A DNA stretch of 64,000 bases. Source: Octopus sinensis. Taxonomy: Eukaryota. Under the pieces are notes generated by a model that made no database searches, was not told where the DNA came from, and saw only the letters and a program-made list of their open reading frames with translations. Within the stretch, counting starts at the first letter, position 1; each line of letters begins with the position of its first letter. The stretch is from contig NC_043024.1 in the NCBI RefSeq assembly GCF_006345805.1, positions 7,440,001 to 7,504,000 of the forward strand. Direction: 5' to 3'. Shown here piece by piece: positions 37,211 to 51,058 of the stretch. A program made the position numbers and the translations under genes.

Positions 37211-38118
37211 ACCGTAAATCCTCGAGTATAATCCGCATTTTCCCCCAAAATTTAAAGGTCAAAATCCCTAGTGCGTACTATATACGAGTTTAAAAATGAA
37301 AGATATTTTCTAAGTAATGTCTGAGTCTCTATTTGCTGTCCGGCAATGTTTATTCAGATGCATTTTGTGATGTCGGGCATGAAAATACCTTAAGCTAAGC
37401 CTGAAAGCAATGAAGTCATAAAAGAATCACCCATAACTTGCAGTAAACAACATTTATTAAACGTTATTACTGTTATTTCTTTATTTTCTGCAAACAAAAT
37501 GCACAAAAAAAGCTGTGTGGTAAGTAACTTGCTAACCAACCACATGGTTCTGGGTTCAGTCCCACCGCGTGGCATCTTGGGTAAGTGTCTTCTGCTATAG
37601 CCCCGGGCCAACCAATGCCTTGTGAGTGGATTTGGTAGACGGAAACTGAAAGAAGCCTGACGTATATATGTATATATATATGTGAGTGTGTGTGTTTGTA
37701 TGTCTGTGCTTGTCCCCCCACCATTGCTTGACAACCGATGCTGGTGTGTTTACGTCCCCGTCACTTAGTGGTTTGGCAAAAGAGACCAATAGAATAAGTA
37801 CTGGGCTTACAAAGAATAAGTCCCGGGGTCGATTTACTCGACTAAAGGCGGTACTCCAGCATGGCCGCAGTCAAATGATTGAAACAAGTAAAAGAGTAAA
37901 GAGTAAAGAGTGTTTGCATTATGTTATATATACAATAATAATAAAGGACATTACTGTATACATTTTTACAAACCAAGGACGTTATATAGACCTCCTTGAC
38001 TCAAGTTAGAGAAGGGGTGTGTATTATACACAAAGGTGTAGGTTTTTCAGAGGTACAGCCTCCTAAAAATTCCCTGCATATCATACTCAAGGGCGGACTA
38101 TACTCGAGGACTTACGGT
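37211..38118. mobile_element. pogo/Tigger-like non-autonomous DNA element carrying a SINE A insertion (37512-37910)
   Basis: TIR pair ACCGTAAATCCTCGAGTATAATCCGC / GCGGACTATACTCGAGGACTTACGGT. Confidence 0.5.
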
Positions 38119-38472
38119 ATTCTTCATAACTCTTATTCTGTAATGTTGTGAGGTAGCAAGAATTTGATGAAATATGTAGGGAGATTAGGGTTTGGCATTT
38201 ATGTAGAGTTAGAATGTATGCAAGGATTTTATATAGGGTAGAGATGGAGGTGTTAGGGTGGTGCCCAAACCTATAAGCCCATGATTGCGCGCACACATGT
38301 GTCTTTGCATTCATTTATGCAAGTTTTGACTAAACTCTCCGCTGGAACCACATGGTTCCAGGTTCATTACCACTGCGTAGCATCTTGGGCAAGTGTCTTC
38401 TACTATAGCCTCGAGCCGACCAAAGCCTTGTGAGTGGATTTGGTAGACGGAAACTGAAAGAAGCCCGTCGTA

Positions 38473-38503
<31 letters not shown>

Positions 38504-39145
38504 GTGTATGTATATGTGTGTGTATGTTTGTGTGTCTGTGTTTGTCCGACCGACACCGTTTGACAACCGATGCTGGTGTGTTTACATTCCCGTAACTTAG
38601 CGGTTCGGTAAAAGAGACCGATAGAATAAATACTAGGCTTACAAAGAATAAGTCCTAGGGTTGATTTGCTCGACTAAAGGCGGTGCTCCAGCATGGCCGC
38701 AGTCAAATGACTGTGTGTGTATTCATTCACACCATTACATACGCAAGCGTTTTAATGCAAAACTACAGATTCACTATCTCAATAAACAAACGTGTTACAT
38801 TTTTCTGTTGCAGGGGAGGCACAAGACGGTTCTGATCGCGAATGGCATTGGATAGGAAGGAATCGGAAAAGGGTACACATGGAAAAAAGTACCATATTCT
38901 AAATATCAGAAAAAGAAATAGTGACAAAAAAAGGGGAAAGAACTCTTTCCCTTGTCTTATCAAGCTGATTTGCTTAAATGCAAGAGTAATCTCCCCTACA
39001 TTGTAAGAATTGTGTGCGTGCGTGCGTGATAATTGCGTAATAGGTTGCATAATGTCGTGAATTGCTTAATCTGTTGCTTTTAAGGGATTAATTTTGCAAC
39101 ATTGATGCTCCAACTCTTCGGAAATTTCATCTTTCCTGAATTTGT

Positions 39146-39776
39146 CGGATCTTTTCCTTTTGAACGGCAGATGTCAACACAATTCCTAGTTAACTAAACA
39201 CTTTTAAACTTCGTATACTGGTAGAATGTGTCAAAATAAAACATCATTTTCTCTTGGTTTTATTGAGAAAATTCTATAGTTTGTAAGATATTACGCCTGA
39301 AAATCCAAGCATTTCGGCAATTTTAACCAATCGATTACCTCCATTCAACTAAAATCATTTGCTGCGTCTAAAACTGAGACAACATCCTGTAACTAACCCT
39401 AAACCTCCCCCCTAACCCTAACCCAAAATTTTTTTTTCTTAATCGTTAAATTAATTTAATTCCATTGCTTTAGTTTTTTTTACATGCGTAACAATTAAAT
39501 TAATCTAACAATTAATAAAAAAAATTTAGGGTTAGGGTTAGGGGGGAGGTTTAGGGTTAGTTACAAGATGTTGTCTCAGTTTTAGACGCAGCAAATGACT
39601 TTAGCTCAAAAGAGGGCATAGGATTAGTTAAAATTCGAAAAATTAAACTACGTTAAACTTACAAATTACAATTTTCTCAAGAAAGCCAAGAGAAAAAAAT
39701 GTTTTATTTTGACACATTCTACCAGTATACGAAGTTTAATTGTGTTGAAAACTGCCGTTCAAAAGGAAAAGATCCG
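39146..39776. mobile_element. Fold-back MITE-like element with internal telomere-like (TAACCC)/(GGGTTA) repeats
   Basis: Inverted arms of about 280 bp; TAACCC units at 39393-39424 mirrored at 39526-39560. Confidence 0.75.
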
Positions 39777-40062
39777 GAGGTGTAGCTAATCAAAACATGC
39801 TAAAAAAAACTATTTGGGATTTGAAAAATAGACATTTATGGGTTTTGAGGTACATTATGTAATCAATTAGAAAAAATATAATCAGTTATAGATTGTGAGA
39901 GGCATTATGTAATATGGGTAAAATATTGTGAAGACGTTAAGTAAATTGATTGAATTAAACAGAAGAAAAGGGATTGATAAGAAAAAAAAATTTAATATAG
40001 AAAGAAATACAATTTGTTCGGGGGAAAAGAATAACTAAATGAATGTTAAATAGATGGATATT

Positions 40063-40233
40063 AGCGCAGGAGTGGCTGTGTGGTAAGTAGCTTGCTAACC
40101 AACCACATGGTTCTGGGTTCAGTCCCACTGCGTGGCATCTTGGGCAAGTGTCTTCTGCTATAGCCCCGGGCCGACCAATGCCTTGTGAGTGGATTTGGTA
40201 GACGGAAACTGAAAGAAGCCTGTTGTATATATG

Positions 40234-40264
<31 letters not shown>

Positions 40265-40470
40265 GTATGTGTTTGTACCCCTAGCATTGCTTGACAACTG
40301 ATGCTGGTGTGTTTACGTCCCCTTCACTTAGCGGTTCGGCAAAAGAGATCGATAGAATAAGTACTGGGCTTACAAAGAATAAGTGCCGGGGTCGATTTGC
40401 TTGACTAAAGGCGGTGCTCCAGCATGGCTGCAGTCAAATGACTGAAACAAGTAAAAGAGTAAAAGAGTAA
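40063..40470 (+). mobile_element. SINE family A (further copies near 27477-, 29960-, 38345+, 40855-, 49729+, 55905+, 61243+)
   Basis: Full family A body with a GTAAAAGAG tail. Confidence 0.8.
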
Positions 40471-41379
40471 TTAGCAATGCATCCCGGCGTTGCCCGGGTG
40501 TTATGCCCTCCAAGTACATTGTACTATTTGCTCCTTTCTTATGTGCCTAATCGACACAGCTGATATATGGTTAATTGAATAATGGAAGTTATTGTGTGTT
40601 TGATAGTGAAGGGCGAGGGTACAATTTACATGAAAGTACTTTCTGTTCTTAAGAAGGATCAGGAACTATCTATTGTTTCATCGTATAAAAGGGGGTTAAT
40701 ATGATTTTGACCAGAAATCCACTTTTCAATATCTAAATTTCCTCCCATGCCCCACCGCAATTTCTTAATTTGTAACTTTTTCGATTTTTTTTTCTTATTA
40801 TTATCTATGTAGAAAAATGCGGAAATTACGAATCTGGGAAACATATATGTATACTCTCTTTTACTTGTTTCAGTCATTTGACTGCAGCCATACTGGAGCA
40901 CCGCCTTTAGTCGAGCAAATCGACCCTGGGACTTATTCTTTGTAAGCCCAGTACTTATTCTATCGGTCTCTTTTGCCAAACCACTAAGTGACGGGGACGT
41001 AAACACACCAGCATCGGTTGTCAAGCAATGCTAGGGAGACAAACACAGACACACAAACACACATATATATATATACATATATACGACAGGCTTCTTTCAG
41101 TTTCTGTCTACCAAATCCACTCACAAGGTATTGGTCGGCCCGGGGCTATAGCAGAAGACACTTGCCCAAGATGCTACACAGTGGGACTGAACCCGGAACC
41201 ATGTGGTTGGTGAGTAAGCTACTTACCACACAGCCACATATGCATTTTTTATAGTTAATCTTTCTTAAGCAACACTCAATGACCCTTCCTCCACCTCGCC
41301 CACCCATCAACTACCAACTTTCAAAAAGCTAAAATCCCCCAATCTTTCACTTTTGGCTGATGTTTTGTGCATGTGTAGA

Positions 41380-41772
41380 ATTGGAGAAGGACATCATGCT
41401 CGGAGTGTCAGTGGCAAGAGAGGAAGAGGTCGACCAAGAACCCGCTGGCTTGACACCATCAGGAGTGATACCTATTTCTTTATTACCCACAGAGAGGACA
41501 GACAAATGGATTAAGTTGATTACATCGACCCCAGTACGTAACTGGTACTTAATTTATCGACCCCGAAAGGATGAAAGGCAAAGTCGACCTCGGCAGAATT
41601 TGAACTCAGAACGTAACGGCAAACGTTGTGCTAACGTTTCTGCCAGCTCGCCAGAGTGATACCGGAATGGACATGGCCAATCTGAAGGAAGCGGCCCAAG
41701 ATAGAACTGACTGGAGGGCACTGATCCAATGAGTGACCGAGAGTCGACTTCGACTAAGCGGATAGAGAGAGA
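41380..41772 (+). mobile_element. RTE/BovB-like LINE 3' end interrupted by SINE B (41473-41653, minus strand)
   Basis: VSGKRGRGRPRTRWLDTIRSD|TGMDMANLKEAAQDRTDW; 10-bp TSD GAGTGATACC at 41463 and 41654; (GA)n tail. Confidence 0.8.
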
Positions 41773-42461
41773 GAATTGTACAGAAATAGTAGACTTCAAA
41801 AATACCAAACCACCACCAGAAAACCCAGCATGCTAGAAACAACAGGTAAATGATATTATTTCTGCAGAAACTTCCCTGTTTTCCAAAAAGCTAAAAGTGA
41901 AACATTGGGAGCGTGTAGCTTTTTGAAAGTGGTGAGGTGATGGGTAATATTCTTAAAGATTCGTACTCTCTTTCTCTTTTTCTCCATGGATTACCAAGAA
42001 TAAAAATTTGGGAAAAGTAAAAAATGAATTTGTTGTGGAGAGGGAGAAAATGAAAATATTGAGAATGTGTTTAGTGAAAAGGAGAGAGAATGTTAAAGAA
42101 AGACAGAGAGGGGAAGAGAGAGAGAAGGAGGGAGAAAGCAAGTTTGTTTCTTTATCTTTCCTTCTTTGAGTTCCTTTCCGTTATCCTTTTATTCCACAAA
42201 TCTTCGTAGGACAAAACATTATGTGATTCTAGAGTGATCTGGTTGCTAGTTCCTCCAAGATTAGCATGAGAAATGATGAAAATTTTCCTCAAAGCAGGGA
42301 GTCTGACCTGGATACTTACAAGCGGCTGAACCCTGAAAAAAAGGAACCCCAAAAACCAGATGGTGGTGCTAAATTGATCTAACCCAGTTAGAATTTTCTT
42401 CAGGTCGAGTAGCCCATCTTGCTCAAAAGGTCCCTGAATAAAGGTTGTTTAAGAATGATGA

Positions 42462-42554
<93 letters not shown>

Positions 42555-42946
42555 TAAGAAGTTTGCTTACCAACCACATGGTTCTGGGTTCAGTCCCATT
42601 GTGTGGTATCTTAGGCAAGTGTCTTCTACTATAGCCTCGGGCTAACCAAATCCTTGTGAACAGATTTGACAGACAGAAACTGAAAGAAACCTGTTTTATA
42701 TATATATATATAAAGTTAATCCAAACAAGAAAGCACAAAAAAACACAACAACGCGAGGACGTGGAACAAATATAGTATTATTGAACGCTCAGGAAAGAAG
42801 GAAAGAAGGAGGGTTTAACGTTTCGACCAGAGCTCTTCGTCGGAAACATAGGAGAAGGAAAGATCCAGAGAAGGGAAGACAGAGGAAAAAAAATTGCCAA
42901 CGGTACACACGCGGTCACATATATATATATATTATATATATATATA

Positions 42947-42982
<36 letters not shown>

Positions 42983-42985
42983 ATT

Positions 42986-43018
<33 letters not shown>

Positions 43019-43251
43019 GTTATATTTCGGAATGGTCATTTTGCCAGTTTAGCCAATAAAAACACACACACTATATATTTGGTGTTATTTTGCTTCAGTG
43101 TTATTTATTTTTTACATTAATTTTAATCTTACTTCGGCCAGAGTTCTTTTGTCACACTCCTGTGACCGCATCAGTGGTCCTTTGTTTTCTTCTTACTTAT
43201 TTGTGTCTCTCCTTACTAACCGTCAGCCATTTTGTATTTCTATTGTATGTC

Positions 43252-45072
43252 TGTGGAGCGAATATCGCTAGCAATTACAGAATCTCCTACTTCCTCTCAA
43301 TGATCATACGCCCTATAATCCGGATGTCACCTGATGTTTGTGACAGCACAGAAGATCTCCTCAGCAGGATCGATGACTGTAACAGCACTTGTGACCTGAC
43401 AGGATGTATGGTGGGTAGCATGGATGTGGTATCCCTATACCCATCGATCGACGTAGATTTTGCAGTGGAGAAGTGCGTGGAGATGATCAATGAGAGCCAG
43501 GTGGAGTTCTGTAATGTCAACACAGAAGAACTGGGCCTCCTACTTAGACTGACATGTAATAATGAATACTTAGATAAACATAATCTTAGTAGTTTCTGCC
43601 CCAGTAGATGTTTAAGAGGTAGACCGCCCACAATTACTTCTATGGCTAGGAAGACACATATAGAAAGATGGCGCAGATGGACCAGAGCCATACGGAGCCC
43701 CGCAAATGTCCATCAGATAAAGAAAATGATCGCACATGCACTAGGAGCTAGTATAAGAGTTACCCTAAAAGGCCACACGTTTAAGTTTAATAATAAAATA
43801 TATGCCCAGGACGAGGGGGCAGCCATCGGCATTAGTATCGCTGGTAATGTGGCCAACCTTTTCATGGTATGGTGGGACAGAAGGCTTAAAGAACGCCTAA
43901 CACAGAACTCCATACTCGTAAACATGTACTCTCGCTATGTTGATGATATCAATATAGTAGTAAAGGCACCCCCACAAGAGAGTAATGTTGATATAGTAAT
44001 AGAAACTAATACTATGGAGAACATCCAGCAAATCGCTAACTCCATCCACCAGAGTATTAAGGTCACAATAGACTACCCCACTAAACACCCCAACCATAGA
44101 CTACCAGTACTAGACACTGAACTCTGGCTAGAAATTGTGAATAATAAAACCCAAATCCTTCATTCATACTATGCCAAACCTATGGCCTCAAAATACTTGA
44201 TCCACCGGAACTGAGCCATTGCGGACAATGCCAAATTCAATATTTTGATGGCAGACCTCGTCAGAATAATGAGAAATGTGTCACGCATGTGCGAGCCTAA
44301 AGAGTTAAAGAGACACATACAATATTTCATTCACCGCATGCAGTTCTCAGGTTACAGCCATAAAGAAAGGATCAGAGTATACAAAGGAGCCATTAAGAAA
44401 TTTGATAATATCTTATGTAATGATGGGAATGGGATTTGCCCACTCTATAGGAACAAGTCATGGAACACTATAGAAAGGACAAAAAAGAAAATAGGGAAGG
44501 CCAACTCTTGGTATGATAGCCATAAATACCAGAGTGTCATGTTCGTTGACACCACCCCTGGAGGTGAACTGGCGTACCGCTTTAGAAGGACCCTAGGCAA
44601 ACTCAAGCTAAGAATTAAGGTTGTTGAAAAGCCAGGCAACCCTATCAAATCTATAACTGGTAAAACCTATCATTTTAGTAGAACCCCCTGTACGGATAAG
44701 TACTGTACTGTATGTAGATTTAGCCCACAAACAAACTGTAATGCCAGAAATGTAGTCTATAGTATAAGATGTATAGAGGGACGATGCAGTAACAAGACAA
44801 TGACATACGTAGGGGAAACGGCAAGAAGCATTGGTGAGCGGGTAAACGAACATTGGAGACAACTCAGGGAAGGTAAAAGCTCATCGATTCTGTACCAACC
44901 CGCCGAACAGGAACACGGGGGATCAATCAATAACATAGAAATTAAAATATTATCCACACATAGAACAGATGCAACAATTAGACAAATTACAGAAGCTACA
45001 CACATAATAGAAAATAAACCTAGCCTGAATAGAAAACTACAATGGAGCACTAACACACACCACAACATATGA
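43252..45072 (+). pseudogene. PLE RT plus GIY-YIG endonuclease ORF, with one in-frame stop at 44212-44214
   Basis: RT motifs SMDVVSLYPSI, QDEGAAIGISIAGNVANLFM and YVDDI; Cys linker CTDKYCTVC; endonuclease VVYSIRC...YVGETARSIGERVNEH. The two listed ORFs share one reading frame. Confidence 0.88.
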
Positions 45073-45132
45073 CGATAGAGGATCCTGAAAACATAATAAA
45101 TACACAGATAAATAAACTAATAGAAATAAATA

Positions 45133-45165
<33 letters not shown>

Positions 45166-45516
45166 ATGTATAATATATTTTTTTTTTCGATTGGATTTAT
45201 TATTATTATTACTAGTATTGATGTTATACATATATACATATATACAAGCATATTTAATGATAATAATAAGCGGATGTAAACACATGAACAAAATAAGAAT
45301 AAACAAAAACAACAAAAAACAAAATACAAATTACATGAACATATATAAACAGAAGATACAAATATTACAGGCATCCCCCTCCCCCCCCACATCACACACT
45401 AAATAAACATAAACGCACATAGAGATATAAGCATGCGCAAATGAAGACATACAATAGAAATACAAAATAGCTGACGGTTAGTAAGGAGCGACACAAATAA
45501 GAAAGAAGAAAACAAA

Positions 45517-45561
45517 GGACCACTGATGCGGTCACAGGAGTGTGACGAAAGAACTCTGGCC
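45517..45561 (+). ncRNA. Minimal HHR-like motif in the PLE 3' pLTR (CUGAUGC core)
   Basis: GGACCA-CTGATGC-G-GTCACA(ggag)TGTGAC-GAAA-GAACTC-TGGCC; sense to the ORF. Confidence 0.5.
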
Positions 45562-45768
45562 GAAATAAGATTAAGATTAATGTAAAAATAAATAACACTG
45601 AAGCAAAATACACCAAATATATAGTGCGTGTGTTTTTATTGGCTAAACTGGCAAAATGACCATTTCGAAATATAACAATACCTGTTTCAACACACAACGA
45701 CTTCACATTAAAAATCTTGCACACAAATATTTAAACGTATTTAATATATATATATTATATATATATAA

Positions 45769-45822
<54 letters not shown>

Positions 45823-45824
<2 letters not shown>

Positions 45825-46066
45825 AGAAATGAGGTACTCAGAAATACGGATGGTTTTATATTAACAGATATTTATTGGTATGTTACATGTTTTTATAGAT
45901 CATATATTATATATTAGCACTTTCGTCCATTCTAGTGGAGTCTTCAAATTGATCTGAATGGACGAAAGCGCTAGTATATGATATACGATGTATAAAAACA
46001 TGTAACATACTAGTAAATATCTGTAAATATAAAACCATCCAAATTTCTGAGTACCACATTTCTTCT
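45823..46066. repeat. Diverged fold-back (110-bp arms, 23-bp spacer) next to (TA)n
   Basis: 45823-45932 pairs with 45956-46066. Confidence 0.8.
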
Positions 46067-46601
46067 AATATATACTACCTGTACATCAACGTGGCCTATG
46101 CCAGGAGCATAACCAGCCCGCTTACGCGTAGCTTTTCCTTCTTTGGTCACTAAACTTTGCTTGTGAAGACCTGTTGAGGCAAGTGAAATCAAATCAAAAT
46201 CAAAATCACATTGATAACTGGCATCCATGCTAGCGGATGTGTGAGAGAGAATCGTGATGTGGTAGGAGATGTCGTATGGTGCAAAGAGCACCATACGAGT
46301 GTGATCGTTGACAGAGTGGCTTTTCGAGTATGATCGTTACCAGTGTCGCCTACTGGCACTTATGCTTGTGCTAGTAGGGTGCCGAGAACATCATCCGAGC
46401 GTGGTCGTTGCCAGAGCAGCCAACTGGTTTCCATACCCGTGGCATGTAAAAGGGCACCATTCGAGTATGATCGTTACCAATGTTGCTTCACTGGCACCTG
46501 TGCCGGTGGCAAGTGTAAAAAGATTCGAGCGAGGTCATTGCCAGTACCGCTTGACTGGCCCCCATGCAGGTGGCACGTAAAAAGCACCCACTACACTCTC
46601 G

Positions 46602-47800
46602 TAGTGGTTGGCGTTAGGAAGGGCATCCAGCTGTAGAAACTCAGCCAGATCAAGACTGGAGCCAGGTGCAGCCATCTGGTTGCTAGCCCTCAGTCAAAAC
46701 CGTCCAACCCATGCTAGCATGGAAAACGGACGTTAAATGATGATGATAACTTGGAGTGGTTGGCGTTAGGAAGGGCATCCAGCTGTAGAAACTCAGCCAG
46801 ATCAAGACTGGAGCCAGGTGCAGCCATCTGGTTGCTAGCCCTCAGTCAAAACCGTCCAACCCATGCTAGCATGGAAAACGGACGTTAAATGATGATGATA
46901 ACTTGGAGTGGTTGGCGTTAGGAAGGGCATCTAGCTGTAGAAACTCAGCCAGATCAAGACTGGAGCCAGGTGCAGCCATCTGGTTGCTAGCCCTCAGTCA
47001 AAACCGTCCAACCCATGCTAGCATGGAAAACGGACGTTAAATGATGATGATAACTTGGAGTGTTTGCGTTAGGAAGGGCATCCAGCTGTAGAAACTCAGC
47101 CAGATCAAGACTGGAGCCTGGTGACGCCATCTGGTTGCCAGCCCTCAGTCAAAACCGTCCAACCCATGCTAGCATGGAAAACGGACGTTAATGATGATGA
47201 TAACTGGAGTAGTTGGCGTTAGGAAGGGCATCTAGCTGTTAGAAACTCAGCCAGATCAAGACTGGAGCCTGGTGCAGCCATCTGGTTGCTAGCCCTCAGT
47301 CAAAACCGTCCAACCCATGCTAGCATGGAAAACGAACGTTAAATGATGATGATGATAACTTGGAGTGTTGGCGTTAGGAAGGGCATCCAGCTGTAGAAAC
47401 TCAGCCAGATCAAGACTGGAGCCTGGGTTGCAGCCATCTGGTTGCCAGCCCTCAGTCAAAACCGTCAAACCATGCTAGCATGGAATACGGAACGTTAAAT
47501 GATGATGATAACTTGGAGTAGTTGGCGTTAGGAAGGGCATCCAGCTGTAGAAACTCAGCCAGATCAAGACTGGAGCCTGGTGCAGCCATCTGGTTGCCAG
47601 CCCTCAGTCAAAACCGTCCAACCCATGCTAGCATGGAATACGGACGTTAAATGATGATGATAACTTGGAGTAGTTGGCGTTAGGAAGGGCATCCAGCTGT
47701 AGAAACTATGCCAAATTAGACTGGAACCTGGTGCTGCTCTCCAGCTCATCAGCTCCAGTCAAACCATCTAACTCATGTCAGCATGGAGAGTTGACATTAG
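46602..47800 (+). repeat. Tandem array of ~152-bp SINE C 3' ends (7 near-identical units plus an eighth, diverged one)
   Basis: Units start near 46602, 46754, 46906, 47058, 47207, 47363, 47516 and 47668. Confidence 0.92.
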
Positions 47801-48352
<552 letters not shown>

Positions 48353-48579
48353 ATATTGGAACTTTAGGTTAGTTAAAATATGTTTGCGACATATTTTAAC
48401 TTCTGAAGGCAAATTCACTGGAGCTACCGTGGAGAAAAAATCCTCTCTTATGGTAAAAAAGGATGTAAAAAAAAATAATTATATCCAGTGATACACCCCA
48501 CCCCCGTTCTGTGAGTGTTTACAAGTGTTGTTACATGTTAAATAAAGCCACTGTGGGATTTTAATGACCAGAGGTCCAT

Positions 48580-49072
48580 GAGGGAGAGAGAAGAGAGAGG
48601 GAAACAGATAGATAGATAAAGAGAAAGAGAGAGAGAAAGAGAAAGTGAGAGAGAAAATAGACATTAAGTAGAATTTCGTGTCTTTATGTGTGTGAGAGAG
48701 AGGGGGAAGAAAGAGATAGAAAGACAGAGAAAGAGAGGAAAAGAAAAACAGAGATAGACAAACGAAAAGAGAGAGAGAGAGAGAAAATAAACATTAAGTA
48801 GAACTGTGTATGTGTATGTGTGTGTGTATATGTATGTGTGTGTGAGAGAGAGAGAAGGAGGGAGACAGAGAGAGAGAGAGAAAGAGGAAGAAGAGAAAGT
48901 GAAAGACAGAGTAAATGAAATAGAAAGAGAGAAAGGGAGAGAGAGAGGGAGAGAGAAAGAGAGAGAGGGAGAGAGAAAGAGAGAGAGAGAGAGAGAATAA
49001 ACATAAGTAGAACTGTGTATGTGTATGTGTGTGTGTATATGTATGTGTGTGTGTGAAAGAGAGAAGGAGGGG

Positions 49073-49109
<37 letters not shown>

Positions 49110-49225
49110 GAAAAAGAGAAAGTGAAAGACAGAGTATATGAAATAGAAAGAGATAAAGAGAGAGAGAGAGAGGGGAGAGAAAGAAAGAGAGAGGGAGGGG
49201 AAGAGAGAAAGAGAGAGAGAGAGAT
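48580..49225. repeat. (GA)n/(GT)n compound tract with a ~210-bp internal duplication
   Basis: ACAT(T)AAGTAGAACTGTGTATG recurs near 48791 and 49001. Confidence 0.8.
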
Positions 49226-50163
49226 TTATGAAGACATGTCACAGAAGACCAATTTTCCTCGCAACCTGGAATAAACACTCCAAGAATTCCCAGAGCGCTT
49301 GTTCGTTAAGACTGAAACAAACCCCATAATCACAAATCATTAATTATATAGGAATGTGTTGAAACTCTTAACTAAAAGTTCATTCATTTATTTATTTATT
49401 TAATTATTTATTTCTATATTAATTTATGTATATTTAATTTATTTCTATATTCATTATTTCACGTCTCTCTTAATCGTTAGCATGCCAAACAAAATGGTTT
49501 GTGGCATTTTCTCTGCCTTTTATGCTTTGAGTTCAAATTCTAGCAAGGTTGACGTTGCCTTTCAGCCTTTTTGGGGTTGCCGAAATAAGTACCATTTGAG
49601 CACAGTGGTCGATGTAATCAACTAGCCCCACCGCTCCTAAAAATTTTCAAGCATTGTGCCTTTAGTTGAAAGGATTATTATTATTATTATTATTATTATT
49701 AGTAGTAGTAGTAGTATTATTAATTAGGCGTAGGAGTGGCTGTGTGGTAAGTATAGGCGCAAGATTGGCTGTGTGGTAATTAGCTTGCTTACCAACCACA
49801 TGGTTCCGGGTTCATTCCCACTGCATGGCACCTTGGGCAAGTATCTTCTTCTATAGCCTCAGTCCAACAAAATCCATTTGAGTGGATTTGGTAGACAGAA
49901 ACTGAAAGAAGCCTGTCGTATATATGTATATATATATATATGTATGTGTGTGTATATGTTTGTGTGTCTGTGTCTGTCCTCCCAACATCGCTTGACAACC
50001 GATGGTGATGTGTTAACGTTCCCGTAACTTAGCGGTTCGGCAAAAGAGACCAATAGAATAAGTACTAGGCTTACAAAAATAAGTCCTGGGGTCGATTTCC
50101 TTGATTAAAGGCGGTGCTCCAGCATGGCTACGGTCAAATGACTGAAACAAGTAAAAGAGTAAT

Positions 50164-50667
50164 AAGTTAAGTTAAGTTAATTTTTTTGGCTCAAAAAGCA
50201 AAAAGCAGGGCCATGTAGGGGGACATGGAGTTATGTACAGGGAGGGTGTTCATGCAAAGAGTTCAGGCCATTTCTGGTCAAGAGAGACTTTAAACCGAGC
50301 GGTCGTCAGCATCTTCACTATCTCATCCGGCAGCTTATTCCATGGATCTGCAACCCGGACGGAGAAAGCCCCTCTCCTTTGATTGAGATGAAATCATCGC
50401 AGATAGAGCTTTTCGGAGTGACCCCGCAGCCGACGCTCTGGAGCAGGAGTGAAGAACAGCTCTTCCAAGAGGTTACACTTTCCGCTTATGATGTTGTGAG
50501 CAAGAATGAAATCACCACGGCGTTGTCGATTTTCTAGAGAATAAAGGTCGAGCGTCTTCAGCCTTTCCTCATAAGACAAATGCTTGAGACCAAGAACCAT
50601 GCGGGTAGCCAGCTTCTGGACTCTTTCGAGATGATGTATGTCTTTGAGGAGATAAGGAGAAGTAATG
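50164..50667 (-). mobile_element. CR1-clade LINE 3' fragment
   Basis: SPYLLKDIHHLERVQKLATRMV; (TTAAC)n tail. Confidence 0.85.
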
Positions 50668-51058
50668 TTCATTTGGAGGTCATGGGGCCTTCAGCTGAAC
50701 AGATGTGCATGGAATGGTAAATACATTTTTAAAAGTAGTTTATGTTGTAAACCTAGCTGATGAGCTTTAAGTGTCTTTGGCACAAATAGTGAAATCAATT
50801 GATACTGGGATTCCTACTCTCCTATTTGTAGTTTTGCAAATGGGGCTGACCGTTCTTTTTAGTACATTTGCTACATTCTCCTTGCGTGTTTACATATAGT
50901 GAGAGATGTGTGAGTTTGAAGAGTTTTAACTCTTCTTTCTAGCAAACAGGTGCATATTATACCCTGACTTTTAATATATATTTTGCATATTTTGCCTGTT
51001 TGGATTATGCTTGCTGGCCAAGTCACCATCATTTTTTTAAAGATAATGATAACTTATT

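Larger units (their letters stand above)
43015..45680 (+). mobile_element. Penelope-like retroelement (Neptune-like), 5' truncated, with inverted pseudo-LTRs
   Basis: 43015-43251 is the reverse complement of 45446-45680; RT and GIY-YIG coding sequence lies between them. Confidence 0.88.
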
